Shown here in pieces: positions 12,961 to 24,984 of a stretch of 64,000 nucleotides of DNA. The first letter of the stretch is position 1, and every line of letters starts with the position of its first letter. Position numbers and translations under genes: made by a program. The stretch is from Camelus ferus. Its lineage: Eukaryota. The stretch is taken from positions 76,386,001 to 76,450,000 of the forward strand of contig NC_045696.1 of assembly GCF_009834535.1 (NCBI RefSeq), read 5' to 3'. The notes below the pieces were generated by a model. That model was not told the DNA's origin and searched no databases. It saw nothing but the letters and a program-made list of their open reading frames with translations.

Positions 12961-13419
12961 AACCAGCAGGGAAGAGATGCTTCATGCTGAGTGGTCGTGA
13001 CTGAGATGACAGAGAGATTTCTACGTTAAAAAAGTTAGTCACCCGTCTAAGTTACTGCAGACTAGAACTAAAAACAATAAGAATTACTACCAAGTATTGG
13101 GAAGAGGTGGCATGAAATAAGATAAATCCTCATCTGTCAGAGCAAGGAGCCAATAGATACTTTCAAATTTGATTAACCAATAAAATAGTATAAGTATGTA
13201 TTATTAGACTTATGGGGGTAAATAGCAGAGGAAAGATAATGTTAAAATAGCTTGAATCTGGTAATGGAACTAAGGATAAAAAGAGCTGGGGTTTAGAGAA
13301 TGTTATTTTTCATCCTAAGCTCTTCTGCACTGAGTTGATAACACATGAATGCATTACTTTGGTCCAAATATGAAAACTCAGGACAAATAAACTTAGTTAT
13401 TAGGCCACATTTGTTTGAC

Positions 13420-13585
13420 CCAGAAGCACATTTACTATGAAGTTAAAAAAACTTCAGCTTCGAGGCCCCTCACTTTACTGACCCCTTCCAAGGCCTATAT
13501 TTAATTTTGTAATTATATATTTTCTACTCTGTTTGGCTAAAGAGAGTCCCCCAAGTCATATAAGTTTCAGGCCCTGGATGACTCT
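13420..13585. mobile_element. hAT-type MITE, same family as 5350-5503
   Basis: Shared catttacta..agcttc..ggcccctcactt..aaggcctatatt..taagtttcaggccc blocks. Confidence 0.5.
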
Positions 13586-14913
13586 AATTTGAACTAAGAT
13601 CTTTTTCATTTCTTACAGTTCCTTAATGCCTTTCTTAGTTTACATTTCCTAGAAGGAACCCAGTCTCACTACTTTTGATGACATTTTTAATCAAGGCACA
13701 CAACCTTAGTTATGCTAATAATTCATTTTTATTCAAAATAAAAATTACTACTTGATTCAGGAGGCAATATCAAAGCACTTAGTTTTTTTTAAACAGGGAC
13801 ATGATGCAATGGAAGTAGTGATTTACAAAATATTCCCTTGACATAGCTGGACTGAAGCTGGGAGAGACCAGAAGCAGAGGGACCAGCAGAGAGCTGTGGA
13901 GGCACCAAACAGGTGGTAAAAGAAGGAATGGAGAAAATGAGTAGATGCAAGAGGTCACTTAAAATAGAACTGATCAGGCCTGGTCACCAGCTGAAGAGCT
14001 GCCCCACAAACATAATGTTCAGTTAGGATACTTCCAAATTACATGTCGGGATGGCGCCTGATTTTTTTACTCTTCATCGGGCAGATTTCTCACAGGCTGC
14101 AAGTGAAGATTTGACCAGTAAAACCAATCTGAATGAACGCATCCTGCCAGTCATTCTGTAACTCTAGTCAAATATTTATGGATGGAATTCTATCATCAAG
14201 GTTTAACACAGGGAACTTTTTTTTAATAAAATGAACAATCATGAACGTCCTAGCCCTGGATATATCTTCATATTCTTGTACATCGTTTTCAGGAGCATGT
14301 GCTGACAACAGAGGCTAATCAATGAATTCAGTCAAAGCCCCTGACAGTCCTACGGATCAGAGTGTCCTCACTCAGACTCAGTTCTTGCAGCTGCCCATAT
14401 TCGTCCTGTGGCAGAGTGATAGCTGGTCCACGTTCTGTGGGAGGAGACACGTAACAAAATGGTTCTATGTGAAGCCATTTGGCAAAAAACAACAAATAAG
14501 CTAAAGAATTTTGTGCAGACCATCTAAATATATCTTATTGTTCTTGTGAGCCAGTATAATTCAATCTCTCTACAGTGCATTTTGCATTGTGTGTTTGTAG
14601 TGTGGGGATTCTGAATACATCAACTGTCAGTCTTCAAATTTCTCTGTGGAAATAAGAAATTTACAATCAAGTCTGTCTGCAGCCAAACCGGCACAGCTGA
14701 CCGGGAAAGTGAAGCCAGTTAATGATGCACCTGGGTTGTTTCCCGATTAATCGATTTGAGGGTGACGCATCTGGATCTAGGACTAAACACGGCCAGGCCT
14801 GAAACTTGGTTGGAACTGCTCTCCTTCATCCTCCATTCCCTGGCTTGGGAACTTTTCCCTCTTACAAATGCAGCCTAATGCTCTACCGTTTCATCTAAAA
14901 AAATACATTAACT

Positions 14914-15788
14914 ATTTTTTTAAACTTTTTTTTATTGAGTTATAGTCATTTTACAATGTTGTGTCAAATTCCAGTGTAGAGCACAATTTTTCAGTTATAC
15001 ATGAACATACATATATTCATTGTCACATTATCTTTCACTGTGAGCCACCACAAGATCCTGTATATATTTCCCTGTGCTACACAGTACAATCTTGTTTATC
15101 TGTTCTTCATTTTGAAATCCCGGTCTGTCCCTTCCCAGCCCCCGTCCCCCTAGCAACCACAAGTTTGTATTCTATGTCTATGAGTCTATTTCTGTTTTGT
15201 GTTTATTTATTTATTTATTTTAGATTCCGCATATGAGCGATCTCATATGGTATTTTTCTTTCTCTTTCTGGCTTACTTCACTTAGAATGACATTCTCCAG
15301 GAACATCCATGTTGCTGCAAATGGCGTTATGTTGTTGGGTTTTATGGCTGAATAGTATTCCATTGTACAAATATACCACCTCTTCTTTATCCAGTCATCT
15401 GTTGATGGACATTTAGGCTGTTTCCATGTCTTGGCTATTGTAAATAGTGCTGCTATGAACATTGGGGTGCAGGTGTCATTTTGAAGTAGGGTTCCTTCTG
15501 GATATATGCCCAGGAGTGGGATTCCTGAGTCATATGGTAAGTCTATTCCTAGTCTTTTGAGGAATCTCCATACTGTTTTCCACAGTGGCTGCACCAAACT
15601 GCATTCCCACCAACAGTGTAGGAGGGTTCTCTTTTCTCCACAGCCTCTCCAGCATTTGTCATTTGTGGACTTTTCAATGATGGCCATTCTGACTGGTGTG
15701 AGGTGATACCTCATTGTAGTTTGGATTTGCATTTCTCTGATAATTAATGATATTGAGCATTTTTCATGTGCCAATTAATCATTTGTAT
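14914..15788 (-). mobile_element. Young 5'-truncated L1 (ORF2 C-terminus, 3' UTR, poly-A)
   Basis: ORF 15220-15774 is the L1 ORF2 cysteine-rich C-terminus ([48 protein letters not shown]); 18-bp TSD taaaaaaatacattaact at 14896-14913 and 15789-15806. Confidence 0.95.
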
Positions 15789-16199
15789 TAAAAAAATACA
15801 TTAACTTTTTTGATGAAGTAAATAAGGACTAAAATATCACTTAGTAATCAAAATACCAACAGAGTACAGAAAGTGAGTTAAAAAGTGGAAATACAGAGCT
15901 AAATATGTATAGTGCCTTCCTGCAGCAGCTCCAAAACTAGTGAGTAAACTAGACAGACCACCAACCTGGGTGGGCAACAAAAGAGACGTGTTAGTTGCCC
16001 CGTTCATTTCTTCCACAGTACGTTAGAAAGAGCAGAGTCCTCTAGTGCATCCCTTCTGGCATTTCCTCCCACCTCAATCTACTCCAGGTCCCTGCTCTCC
16101 CCACATCTTCCGGTATGTCCTCGACTGGCTCCTTGCCACCATCAGCACTGTAACCATGCTGATGCAGTCTCTTTTAAAAAAATAAAATAAAATAAATTC

Positions 16200-16850
16200 C
16201 TCTTATAACCACTGCCCTTCACAACTCAAACTTCATTAAAAAGCTATGTCCCGTCACTGCCTCCTCAGCCTCACCATCTCCCCTGCCCTACTTCTCCCCA
16301 GGAATCACTCCTGCCAAGAGGGCTAGTGGTCTCCTTAGGCCAAATCCACTGGGGTTTGCGTCTGTGATCTTTCAGCTGCTTTCAATATTGTTCAACTCTC
16401 CCATTACCCTTAACTGCCTCACAAAAACAGAAACAAACAACAGCAACAAAAGAAAAAGAAAAAAGATGTTTTTTGGTTTTCATTCTTCTCCGGCTACTTC
16501 TCAATCTCTTTTGCTGGCTTTTTTTTTTTTTTTTTTTTCCAATATTAGTTTAATATGATCCTTGGGTTTGTTTCCTAGCTCTCTTCTCTTCTCCTTATAC
16601 ATACTCTCCCAGTGATGTAATCCTCTTGAAAGATTCAATCACCATCTATGTGTGAATGACTATCATAGTCTAGCTCTCCTGCAAAGTTTCAGAACCTTGG
16701 ATCCAAAGGGCATCACCATTCAGCTATTCCAGGAGCTACTTGAGCTCAACATGTCTAAAACCAGACTCATATTTCTGGTCAAACTTGTTCTCTCTCCTGG
16801 GTTTACCATCTTGTTGGATAGAGCCACAGTCTACTTAAATTTGGTACTTT
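16200..16850 (+). mobile_element. Decayed L2 fragment
   Basis: Pyrimidine-rich L2-like text (ctcaacatgtctaaaaccagactcat; caccatctatgtgtgaatgact). Confidence 0.55.
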
Positions 16851-17334
16851 GAAGGAAATCAGTGTCAGTGTAGGCAAAGTGTTTGATATCTTAAGAGTTG
16901 CACTCTCATTTACCCCTATTTTGATCCAACTCATGCAGATTCATCATTTTCACCCTATAGTTCATGCAACTTTAAATGTCAATCATGTTAGAAAAATAAC
17001 ATGATTTTAGAGGATATATAATAAACCTAAATGATGTAGAAAACACTAAACAATATATTTTAAGAGACATTCATCTTCAATCCCTTGCTGAAGTGCCACT
17101 AAAAATCCAAATCAATGTCTTTTAGGGACCAGAAGAATTATATGGACCCCAATCTGAGATACCTTGACATTAACCCAGAGAAATTTACTCATGTGTAATT
17201 ACATACACACCATCTTATAAAGTAGCTCTATGCCCAACTTCTGCCCTTCCCTACATGTTGGGTAATTAAGGGTGAGTGATAAGTAGTGCAACAGTCAGTC
17301 AGGCAAACAGAGAAAAGGATGGCACAGTGTTGAC

Positions 17335-17470
17335 CTTCCATGCTTTCTGAGACTTTCCTCATCTGCAAAATGAGGTAATACTACCCACCTCCCATGAATA
17401 TCGGAAGGATTTAATGAGATACCATGCACAAAATGCCTGGCATAGGCTGAATGCTCAAGAATTTCAACAA
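17335..17470 (+). mobile_element. MIR SINE
   Basis: MIR core ttcctcatctgcaaaatgaggtaata...ggatttaatgagata. Confidence 0.75.
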
Positions 17471-18389
17471 TAATATTTATTTTTAAAATTTTCCCATCAT
17501 TCTCTTTCCTTTCCCCCAATCTTGAGGCAATGTATGCCTCTGGTGCAGAATGAAATATACCTAGAAAAACCCAATATGATTCCAGATCAGAAATGTTCCA
17601 GTAGCCCTGCAGGAGATTAAATTTGGATTAAAATTATTTCAAGTGTTTCAAGTATCCTAGACTGAATTTCTCAGATACACTTTCTAATGGGCCCAGACCC
17701 CTAGAGTACCTCAAGAATGGACCTGACTGCTTGGGCCCTCAAAAGTCTCATTGGTGAGATTAAATTAAAGGGCTAGAAGCACTGATCACTGGCTTACCCT
17801 CCAGAGGCAGCTTTAGCTCATACATGAAATTCTCACAAAGTCCCAGAACTAAGAAGGAGAAGGAAGTACAGAACAGAGAGGACTCTGAATATTATCAGTT
17901 ATCTCCTCTAAAAATTCCTGGCTTTCTTTCAAAACAACTGGATAGAAAGTCTGTGCAATGGGGGATGGGAAAGGGGACTGAGGTTGGGGGAGCAGCTACC
18001 TCCTGGTCACAGGTAGGAAGAAAGAGGAATTTTTCTCTAAATTGACCTGGGGGCTGGGAAGTGAGGGTGAAGTGAAAGGGAGCAATCCTCACTAGTGAAA
18101 AAGGAAGAACCAAGCTGATGACAGCCTCGGTGTAACTCTGTGAAAAGTCCACGTTGCCAGTGCTAGTCTAGCCAACAGCTGCCTTCACAAGGAGCCAAGG
18201 GCTCTCAACAGAGATCCCCTGCACAATTTCTTTAGTGGAGCCCTGACAGGGCACTCCCACAAGAATAGGCCACGAGATGTAACTGGGCCTACAATCCCAA
18301 TGCAGTGAATATGTTATTAGTGCCATCACTGGCAGCTTTGACCTCCTGCTATTTCCTTTCACTACAAGAACCCAGGCCTGACTTCTTTC

Positions 18390-19315
18390 TAGGGCAGTCA
18401 ACTTCAAATTGGGGTACACACATACCCCAAGGGGTACATGAAGATTTTCCAAAAGGAACCCAGTAAAGGATAGTTTTAAAATAATCAGTTTTGTCAGCTT
18501 CTATCAGTAATATCTGGCTGAGAAAGAGCTGGGTGTCAAGGTGACCTCTCCATCTTCTGTCTCCTACTTTACTAAAGAAATGCATACCAGTATTATTCAG
18601 CCAAAAAAAGGAAGCCAAATATGGAAGTCTTGCCATTTGCAGTAACATGGACAGACCTTGAGGGTATTATGCTAAGTGAATAAGGCAAATAGAGAAAGAT
18701 AAATACCATATGATCTCACTTACACATGGAATCTAAAAATACACAAACAGAAAACCAAACTCACAGAGGGAACAGATTCGTGGTTGCCAAAGGTGGGGGT
18801 GGTGGGTGGCGGAAATGAGCGAAGGTGTTCAAAGGGTAAAAACTTCGAGTTATAAGATAAATAACTCCTGGGGATGTAATGTCCAGCATGGTGACTATAG
18901 CTAATGATATTTTACTGTATATTTCAAAGTTGCTAAGACAGTTCTCATCACAAGAAAAAAAATTATAACTATATGTGATGGTGGATGTTAACCAGACTTA
19001 CTGTGGTGATCAATTTGCAATACATACAAATATCAAATCATTATGTTTACACCTGAAATATTATGTTATATGTCAACTATATCTCAATTTTTAGTTAGAC
19101 AATACAGATAAGCAGAAATATCATAAATAAGTAAAATTTCCACTACCCGGAAATAAAGAAAAAAGAAATGCACACTTTATACTCATTCCTAATCTTAATG
19201 TGGTGCGCTGACCTAGGGCAGAAACATGCAGACCAAAGGGAGAATTAAGTCTTAGACTAGGTATAGAGGAAGTAAATAATTTTAATGACTTGAAATAAAT
19301 ACTTTTGCTAGTCAG
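18390..19315. mobile_element. hAT-Charlie-like DNA transposon split by an L1 insertion
   Basis: ttcaaattggggtacacacataccccaaggggtacatgaagattttcc resembles a Charlie terminus; host sequence appears to resume after 19175. Confidence 0.45.
18588..19090 (+). mobile_element. L1 3' end (L1MA9/L1MB-like)
   Basis: ttgccatttgcagtaacatggacagaccttgagggtattatgctaagtgaa...ttatatgtcaactatatctcaat; flanked by TSD aaagaaatgca(t/c)ac. Confidence 0.85.
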
Positions 19316-19317
19316 GC

Positions 19318-19870
19318 AGTATTTTACTTTAGGCTGCTATAATATACTACCATAGACTAGGTGCCTTATAAGCAACAGAATTCATTTCTCACAACTCTAG
19401 AGGCTGAAAGTCCAAGATCAAGGTGCTGGCAGATTAGGTGTCTGGTGTGAGCCTGCTTTGGTTCATAGATGGCCATCTTTTCACCATGTCCTCACATGGC
19501 AGAACGAGTGAGGGCTCTCTCTGGGGTCCCCCGTTTTTTTTAATTGAAGTATAGTTAATTTACAATGTTGCATTAGTTTCTGGTGTACAGTATAGTGATA
19601 CAGTCATATATATATTTTTTTCATATTCTTCTTCATTATAGGTTATTACAAGGTATTGAATATAGTTCCCTGTGCTATACAGTAGGACCCTGTTGTTTAT
19701 CTATTTTATATAGAAATTTGTATCTGCTAATTCTGGGGTCACTTTCATAAGGGCTCTAATAGCATCCATGAAGGTTCCAGCCTCATGATCCACCTCCCAA
19801 AGGCCCCGCGCACTGGGAATTACGTTTCAACATATGAATTTAGGGAGGAACACAAACGTTCGGGCTACCG
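19318..19870 (-). mobile_element. MLT1A-like MaLR solo LTR, interrupted by L1
   Basis: aacagaattcatttctcacaactctagaggctgaaagtccaagatcaaggtgctggcagatt...cacctcccaaaggcccc...tttcaacatatgaattt. Confidence 0.85.
19534..19731 (-). mobile_element. Young L1 3' end nested in MLT1A
   Basis: Poly-T then aattgaagtatagttaatttacaatgttg; direct repeat tctggggtc at 19520-19528 and 19732-19740. Confidence 0.85.
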
Positions 19871-20829
19871 AAGGTGACTTATTTCTTGCTCCCCACAAGA
19901 TTAAAGTAGGATCTAATCACAGGTGATTCTGGGCAAGCCATGAGATCTTTGGCAAATGATTCAGAAGGAGATAAAGAATGAAAGGATGGCAAGCAAGAAA
20001 TTTGAAGATGATACTGTTGTCAAAAAACTACTTCCATTTACACCTACCTGTTCATATGATAACATTTCTCATGTGTACACAAGTGTATAAACAAAAACTA
20101 GAACAGAAGTCATGCTCATTCTAGTAACAGGAAGCAGTAGTCATCCATGGGTAAGCTAACTGGGAAAAAAGCCATATTCACCTTATTACAATATATAGTC
20201 AATAAAAATTAACACTTAAAGCCATATAATCACACAGAATTTTTTAAATTAAAGTTTATGTTTATTTTGTTGGCCCTATAAGGATGACCACATAAACTGA
20301 AGGAAGGGGGAAAAAAGTGTAAAACCTGCCAGTGTTTAAGAAGAGCTTGGTCATGTATTTTTTAAGTGAATGATGATGGATATCTGATTGCTGTGGTATT
20401 TGGATCCCACTGGATAAATTTAAAAAGTGATTAACAGGTTTATTCTAAAAATGTCCATTTTTGCAGTACACTAAATATTGTATCCTTTGCAACAACTTCA
20501 ACTAATATTGTAAAACTAGCTGTGTTTTTTAGAAGACCTGAGGATACGTCATATTTTAAATTTGTTAGGGGGTACTTGAAGAAGAGTATGAAGATGACAA
20601 TTTTAGTACAGGGCAGCAGTCCCCTAAACTTTCCATGAGGGAACATCCCCTTTTGAACATTTTTTTAAGACAGTAAAGCAGTAGTAGTTTTACTTTCTGT
20701 ATCTATTAACCAAGAAAAAGTAAGTGACAAAAAACAAGTACTAACACCTATCAGTAACACTTATAAATTATTAAATGAATTTTATATTCATCAAAATAGC
20801 ATCTGCATGCATCTAAAGACTTTAACCCA

Positions 20830-20885
20830 CAACACTGTAAACTCACTATACTTCACTATATATAAAAATATATTAAAAAAAAAAA
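20830..20885 (+). mobile_element. Ultra-short L1 3' tail insertion
   Basis: caacactgtaaactcactatacttc plus poly-A; TSD aaagactt(t/c)aaccca at 20815-20829 and 20886-20900. Confidence 0.8.
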
Positions 20886-23183
20886 AAAGACTTCAACCCA
20901 TATAGAGTTGAGGTGTGTTACCCACTAATCTAGAGAGAATGTTTGGGGCACCCAAGGATTCACAGAAACTCTGTATTCACACCACAGCCTCTAGTCTCAG
21001 AACCATACTGCCCTGGTTGGGGTCCTCTGACTTTTGCAGAGTGATCCTTCCCTGTGAGAAGGCAAGGAGAAGGCAACACCCCGGAAACTTATTGTAAGAG
21101 GAAACCTTTAGAAGGAGGACACAGATTCAAATGCTTTTTTACAGCCAAGCAGGTAGCTCAGAAGAGTGAATATGCCTAGGAATAGGTGGGAACTGTGGCC
21201 AATAGCAGGCTGTGTCCTGGGCTTAAAGGGGCAGCTCTCCTCAGCTCAACCCAATTGTTGACATGGCTTACGTTGCTGGAAGTTTTTCACCTTTCAGGAA
21301 AAGCTGGATTTTTATGTGAAAACCTCTGGATTTTTAATCCATTTTTTAAAAAACCGTTTGGGCCCACCGACACAAGAATGTGAGCTGAAGTTAGCCGCTG
21401 GACCTCCAGTGTGCATTCTCTGTTCCATGCTACTCAAAAGTGCATCCCAAATCCAAGAACTGTCCATTATATTCCCGATTAGATGCGCATAGCAACTGAG
21501 AATAACATTTAGAAACACCCATAGTAGTTTGACAGAGTCATGTGAACATAATTTTCTGACCCTAGTAATAAAAATTTGGCCTTGTATTTTTATATGTTTT
21601 ATAATTGATTTATCTATTTTTTTTAAAGAACAGTATCAGTGAGCAGTGGATTAGAAATCTTGCCCAAGGATAGCTTAACCATTGTCGTGGTCTTTATCAA
21701 AGAAAAGGGTCTATTTCTAAACCAATTAGGGCTTGATAACTGAATGTCAGTCTCCAGAATCTTCACATTACTACCTTAAAAGACACAAACCTGTTAAGTT
21801 AAAATGCACCCATTTCTAACCAGCTGACAAATATTTGGCAGTAGAGGCCCAGAAGGTGACCTCTTTTCCCCAGAGGAATGGGGGAAATACCATGTCACTC
21901 CTGTAGGACTGCTCCTGGGCCCAGCAGTGGGAGGTGGGGCCAGATGCCACAGGTCACATGGACTCCCTCCTCCCCCAACCAGTACAGCAGGACCCACCCA
22001 CTAAAGGGCCTCACCTGATGCAGAGCACATGCTCCCTGGCTATTGTCTGTGTGTCTGCCTTTTGGAACATGAGCTCCTTTAGGACCAAGATTTCTGCTTC
22101 TCTGCCTCCCCAGCGTAGTTCCACTGCTCTGAGTTCTCTCCTCTTTCTGGCCAATATAGGCTCCTTGTTGGGCAGAGGTGTCAGGCACCTAGCTCTGGAG
22201 CTTTGAGAGCTGACACACAGCTTTCTATCCCGGAGCTTGTGCCCAAGTGGCCCTCTGAACTTTGCCCTCTCCTGCTTAGGCAGAAGCTCTGGGATGGGAA
22301 GTTGGTTGCCAGCTATCAAAGCTCAACATCTAAAACAAGGTGACATCCTTGTCTAAGAAGAACGCCCATATGGGGGTCCTATTCCTGCCTAGTAAGGGTT
22401 TAGGTAAAGGCCAGAGGGCCGGCAGGCGAGAACAATGAAGTGCTCAAAGATTTGAGAGCCTCTTCATCTAGACACCCAAAGGGACAGACAGGGTCTGCAC
22501 ACTCCTCTCTAAGGAGTTGAGGGAAAGCACCTGAGGAAGCAGTGCACTGGTTAGCGGTGAACCTCGCCCCCAACCCTCTTCAGCAGCTTCAAGCGCCACG
22601 GAATGAACACCTACTGAACCATCCTGGAGGGCTGGTGCACTGGACCTCGCCATCTGCCTGCCCTTTGGAAAGGGGAAATTTCCGGGCAAAGTTGGGGGTG
22701 GAGAAGAGCTGTGGGGCGTCAGGCAGGCCTGCGGAAGTGATTTTAGAAGTTCGGATCTGGTGGGGGAATTTTTCCTCAGACCATTTGGAGAGAAGTGGTC
22801 ACAATCATGATCGACTACAAGCTGTCTGAAATGATCAAGTAGACACAGGGAAAGCGTTAAATTGCTGAGAAACAATGGCTGTTTTGTTTCCTCTTGGGGA
22901 GCTCTAAAGACTTACCTATCAATCGGTGATCTCTCTCTAACTGAGATACAGAGGGATCAGAGTTGAGGCCAATAAAGCACCTGCACTTCTCTTGTAACTC
23001 TCCAGGTAGCCAGGTTGGGGCTGGATGTCATTTTTTTGCAATTTAAAATACTTTACTTTTTACAATTTAAGAGTATTTATATGAGATCAGCCCTGTGTGT
23101 GTAAAAAAAGAAATAGCCTGTTTGGCCAAACAAAAAAAAAGGTACTGTGTTGTGGAAGTTACTGAGTTTCACATATTTTAACT

Positions 23184-23198
23184 GGGGGGGGGGGGGGG
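23184..23198 (+). repeat. Poly-G run (G15)
   Basis: Directly visible mononucleotide run. Confidence 0.95.
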
Positions 23199-23859
23199 TG
23201 TACAAAACAAAGGTACAGTAATCTATACAATTAGTTATTTAAGCCATTACAAGTACCATTACAGAAGGAGGGCAGGAAAACATCTAAAATACATAAAATT
23301 ATTTTTAAAAACTCATTCTAGGAAAAGGAAATGCCAGAGTAGTAAGATAAGGAGTCTTAATTAACAACAATTTCATCTATTTTCCTCCTTCAAAATGAGA
23401 CACTGTACTACCGCAGTTTGCTTCGAGAGCAGTTTTGCACCATAAATCTGGGACATGTTTTTTATCTGTGTGTTTGCTCTACATGAGGCTTAAGAAAAAC
23501 AGCAACCAAACTACCCAGTCTAGCCCTGGAGGGAAAGAGAAGACCTAATCACCCGTGATGGAGATTACATAATAGAGACTTGCACACACAAACCCCAAGA
23601 GTCTCAAAAGACTCAGCCTCTGGCTTCCTGTCATAAAAGATGTCTTTTTCCCCCCTTTGTAAGGATCACTAAAAATGCTTCATAAAGACCAAGTGGATGT
23701 CTTGGGTAGAAATAGAGGTCACTTAAGAATGATTTGTAAGTGCACCCCCAGCCAAAATGAAGCATGTATTGATATCTAAAGTGCATCTGCATTCAGTGCA
23801 GCAAAAGCTCATAATCTGTTTCTAATCGGTGCCCTGAAGATGCTCTCCTCGAGGAAAAG

Positions 23860-24830
23860 GCTGGGTTTGGGCAGCCGCCCCTCCCCAGGCCAGCGTCCCA
23901 GGCCCCTCCTTGGGCAGCCGGAGTGCTCCTCTCTTAGATAATGCCAGGTACTCTGGAAAGTAGCCGTGTAATAATACACAAACCCCTGATGATGTCAGCG
24001 TGTTATTGACTTTCCAAGTCTGAATGACTGAGCAGAGGAGCGGGGGTGGGGCGCGATCCATCCGGCAGCGCAGAGACCGGCCAAGCGAAAATGGGCTTGC
24101 GGGCCGGGCGGGGGAGGGGCGGCGGCGGCTCCGCGCTCAGGCTCCGCCGCCGCGGCGTCGGGGTCGCTGCAGCCCAACCCAGGCTCGGTTCCCCGCTCCC
24201 GCTCCTCCGCTGTTTAAGTTTGGTCAAACATCCCTTGAGCAGAAACCATTCAGGCCTGCCCCCCGCCCCCCAGAAGTTTTCACCACGGGGCCAAACCGGA
24301 TTACAGAGCGGGGAGCAGAAGGCCAGAAGGGGGGCCCTCCCTGCCCATCCCCTGCACCGGAGCCATCCTCTCAGGCTGTGGTGAATTCGCAGATCCAGGG
24401 GTCGCTGGCCACGGTGTATTTCCCTCTGCAGGAGACACCCCCCCTCCCCCCCCCCGGGAAACTGCACCTCAGCGGCGGTGAGGTTTTACTGGACATGATT
24501 GGCTTCCTTTATGGCGGTGGCAGTGTAGGTGCAGGGTTGTAGGTTCCCCTTCTCACCCCACAAATTGACCACAGGGCGATCTGTCATCTTCAAGGCGAGG
24601 TGTGAACTGGGCAAGGTTGCCCTTAAATGGAATTGCATTTAGAGGCCTGGATCTGGAGGGAAGCACTCCAAGCTGGGGCGTGGCCTTCCCCACTGAGCCT
24701 GGGCCTTCCTTACAGGCCTCGAGGCTTTCCACCCCACCTCCCTTTCGTCCACCCGGCTTCGCTGGTCGCACCTCTGGGACTAGGCACCCAGACCAATGAC
24801 CTCCGGCGCAGGTCTCATCCTCCTTTACCT
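23860..24830. promoter_or_regulatory. CpG island, putative promoter/enhancer
   Basis: Sharp rise in GC and CpG (core ~24040-24480), GC boxes (gggcgggggaggggcgg ~24106-24122), reverse CCAAT (AGCCAATCA; ATTGG at 24498-24502) and ccaat at ~24793; target transcript unknown. Confidence 0.75.
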
Positions 24831-24984
24831 AGACCTGCTGGAAACCCTCCCAGGAAGTCCAGGCCCAGTACAGAACTAATGCCCCAATCCCCAGGGATGG
24901 GCTGCTCCTCCCTGGAGCTCAGGCCGCTCCCCACCCTGCCCCGTTGTGTTTGTGGAAGCCCTGCGCTGGGCAAGCTACACACAG

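Noticed and set aside
15220..15774. 184-aa ORF as a host gene
   Set aside because: It is the C-terminus of L1 ORF2 in a 5'-truncated insertion with no promoter, endonuclease or RT
20370..20392. C/D-box snoRNA-like ATGATGA...CTGA
   Set aside because: Boxes are only a few nt apart with no terminal stem or guide region
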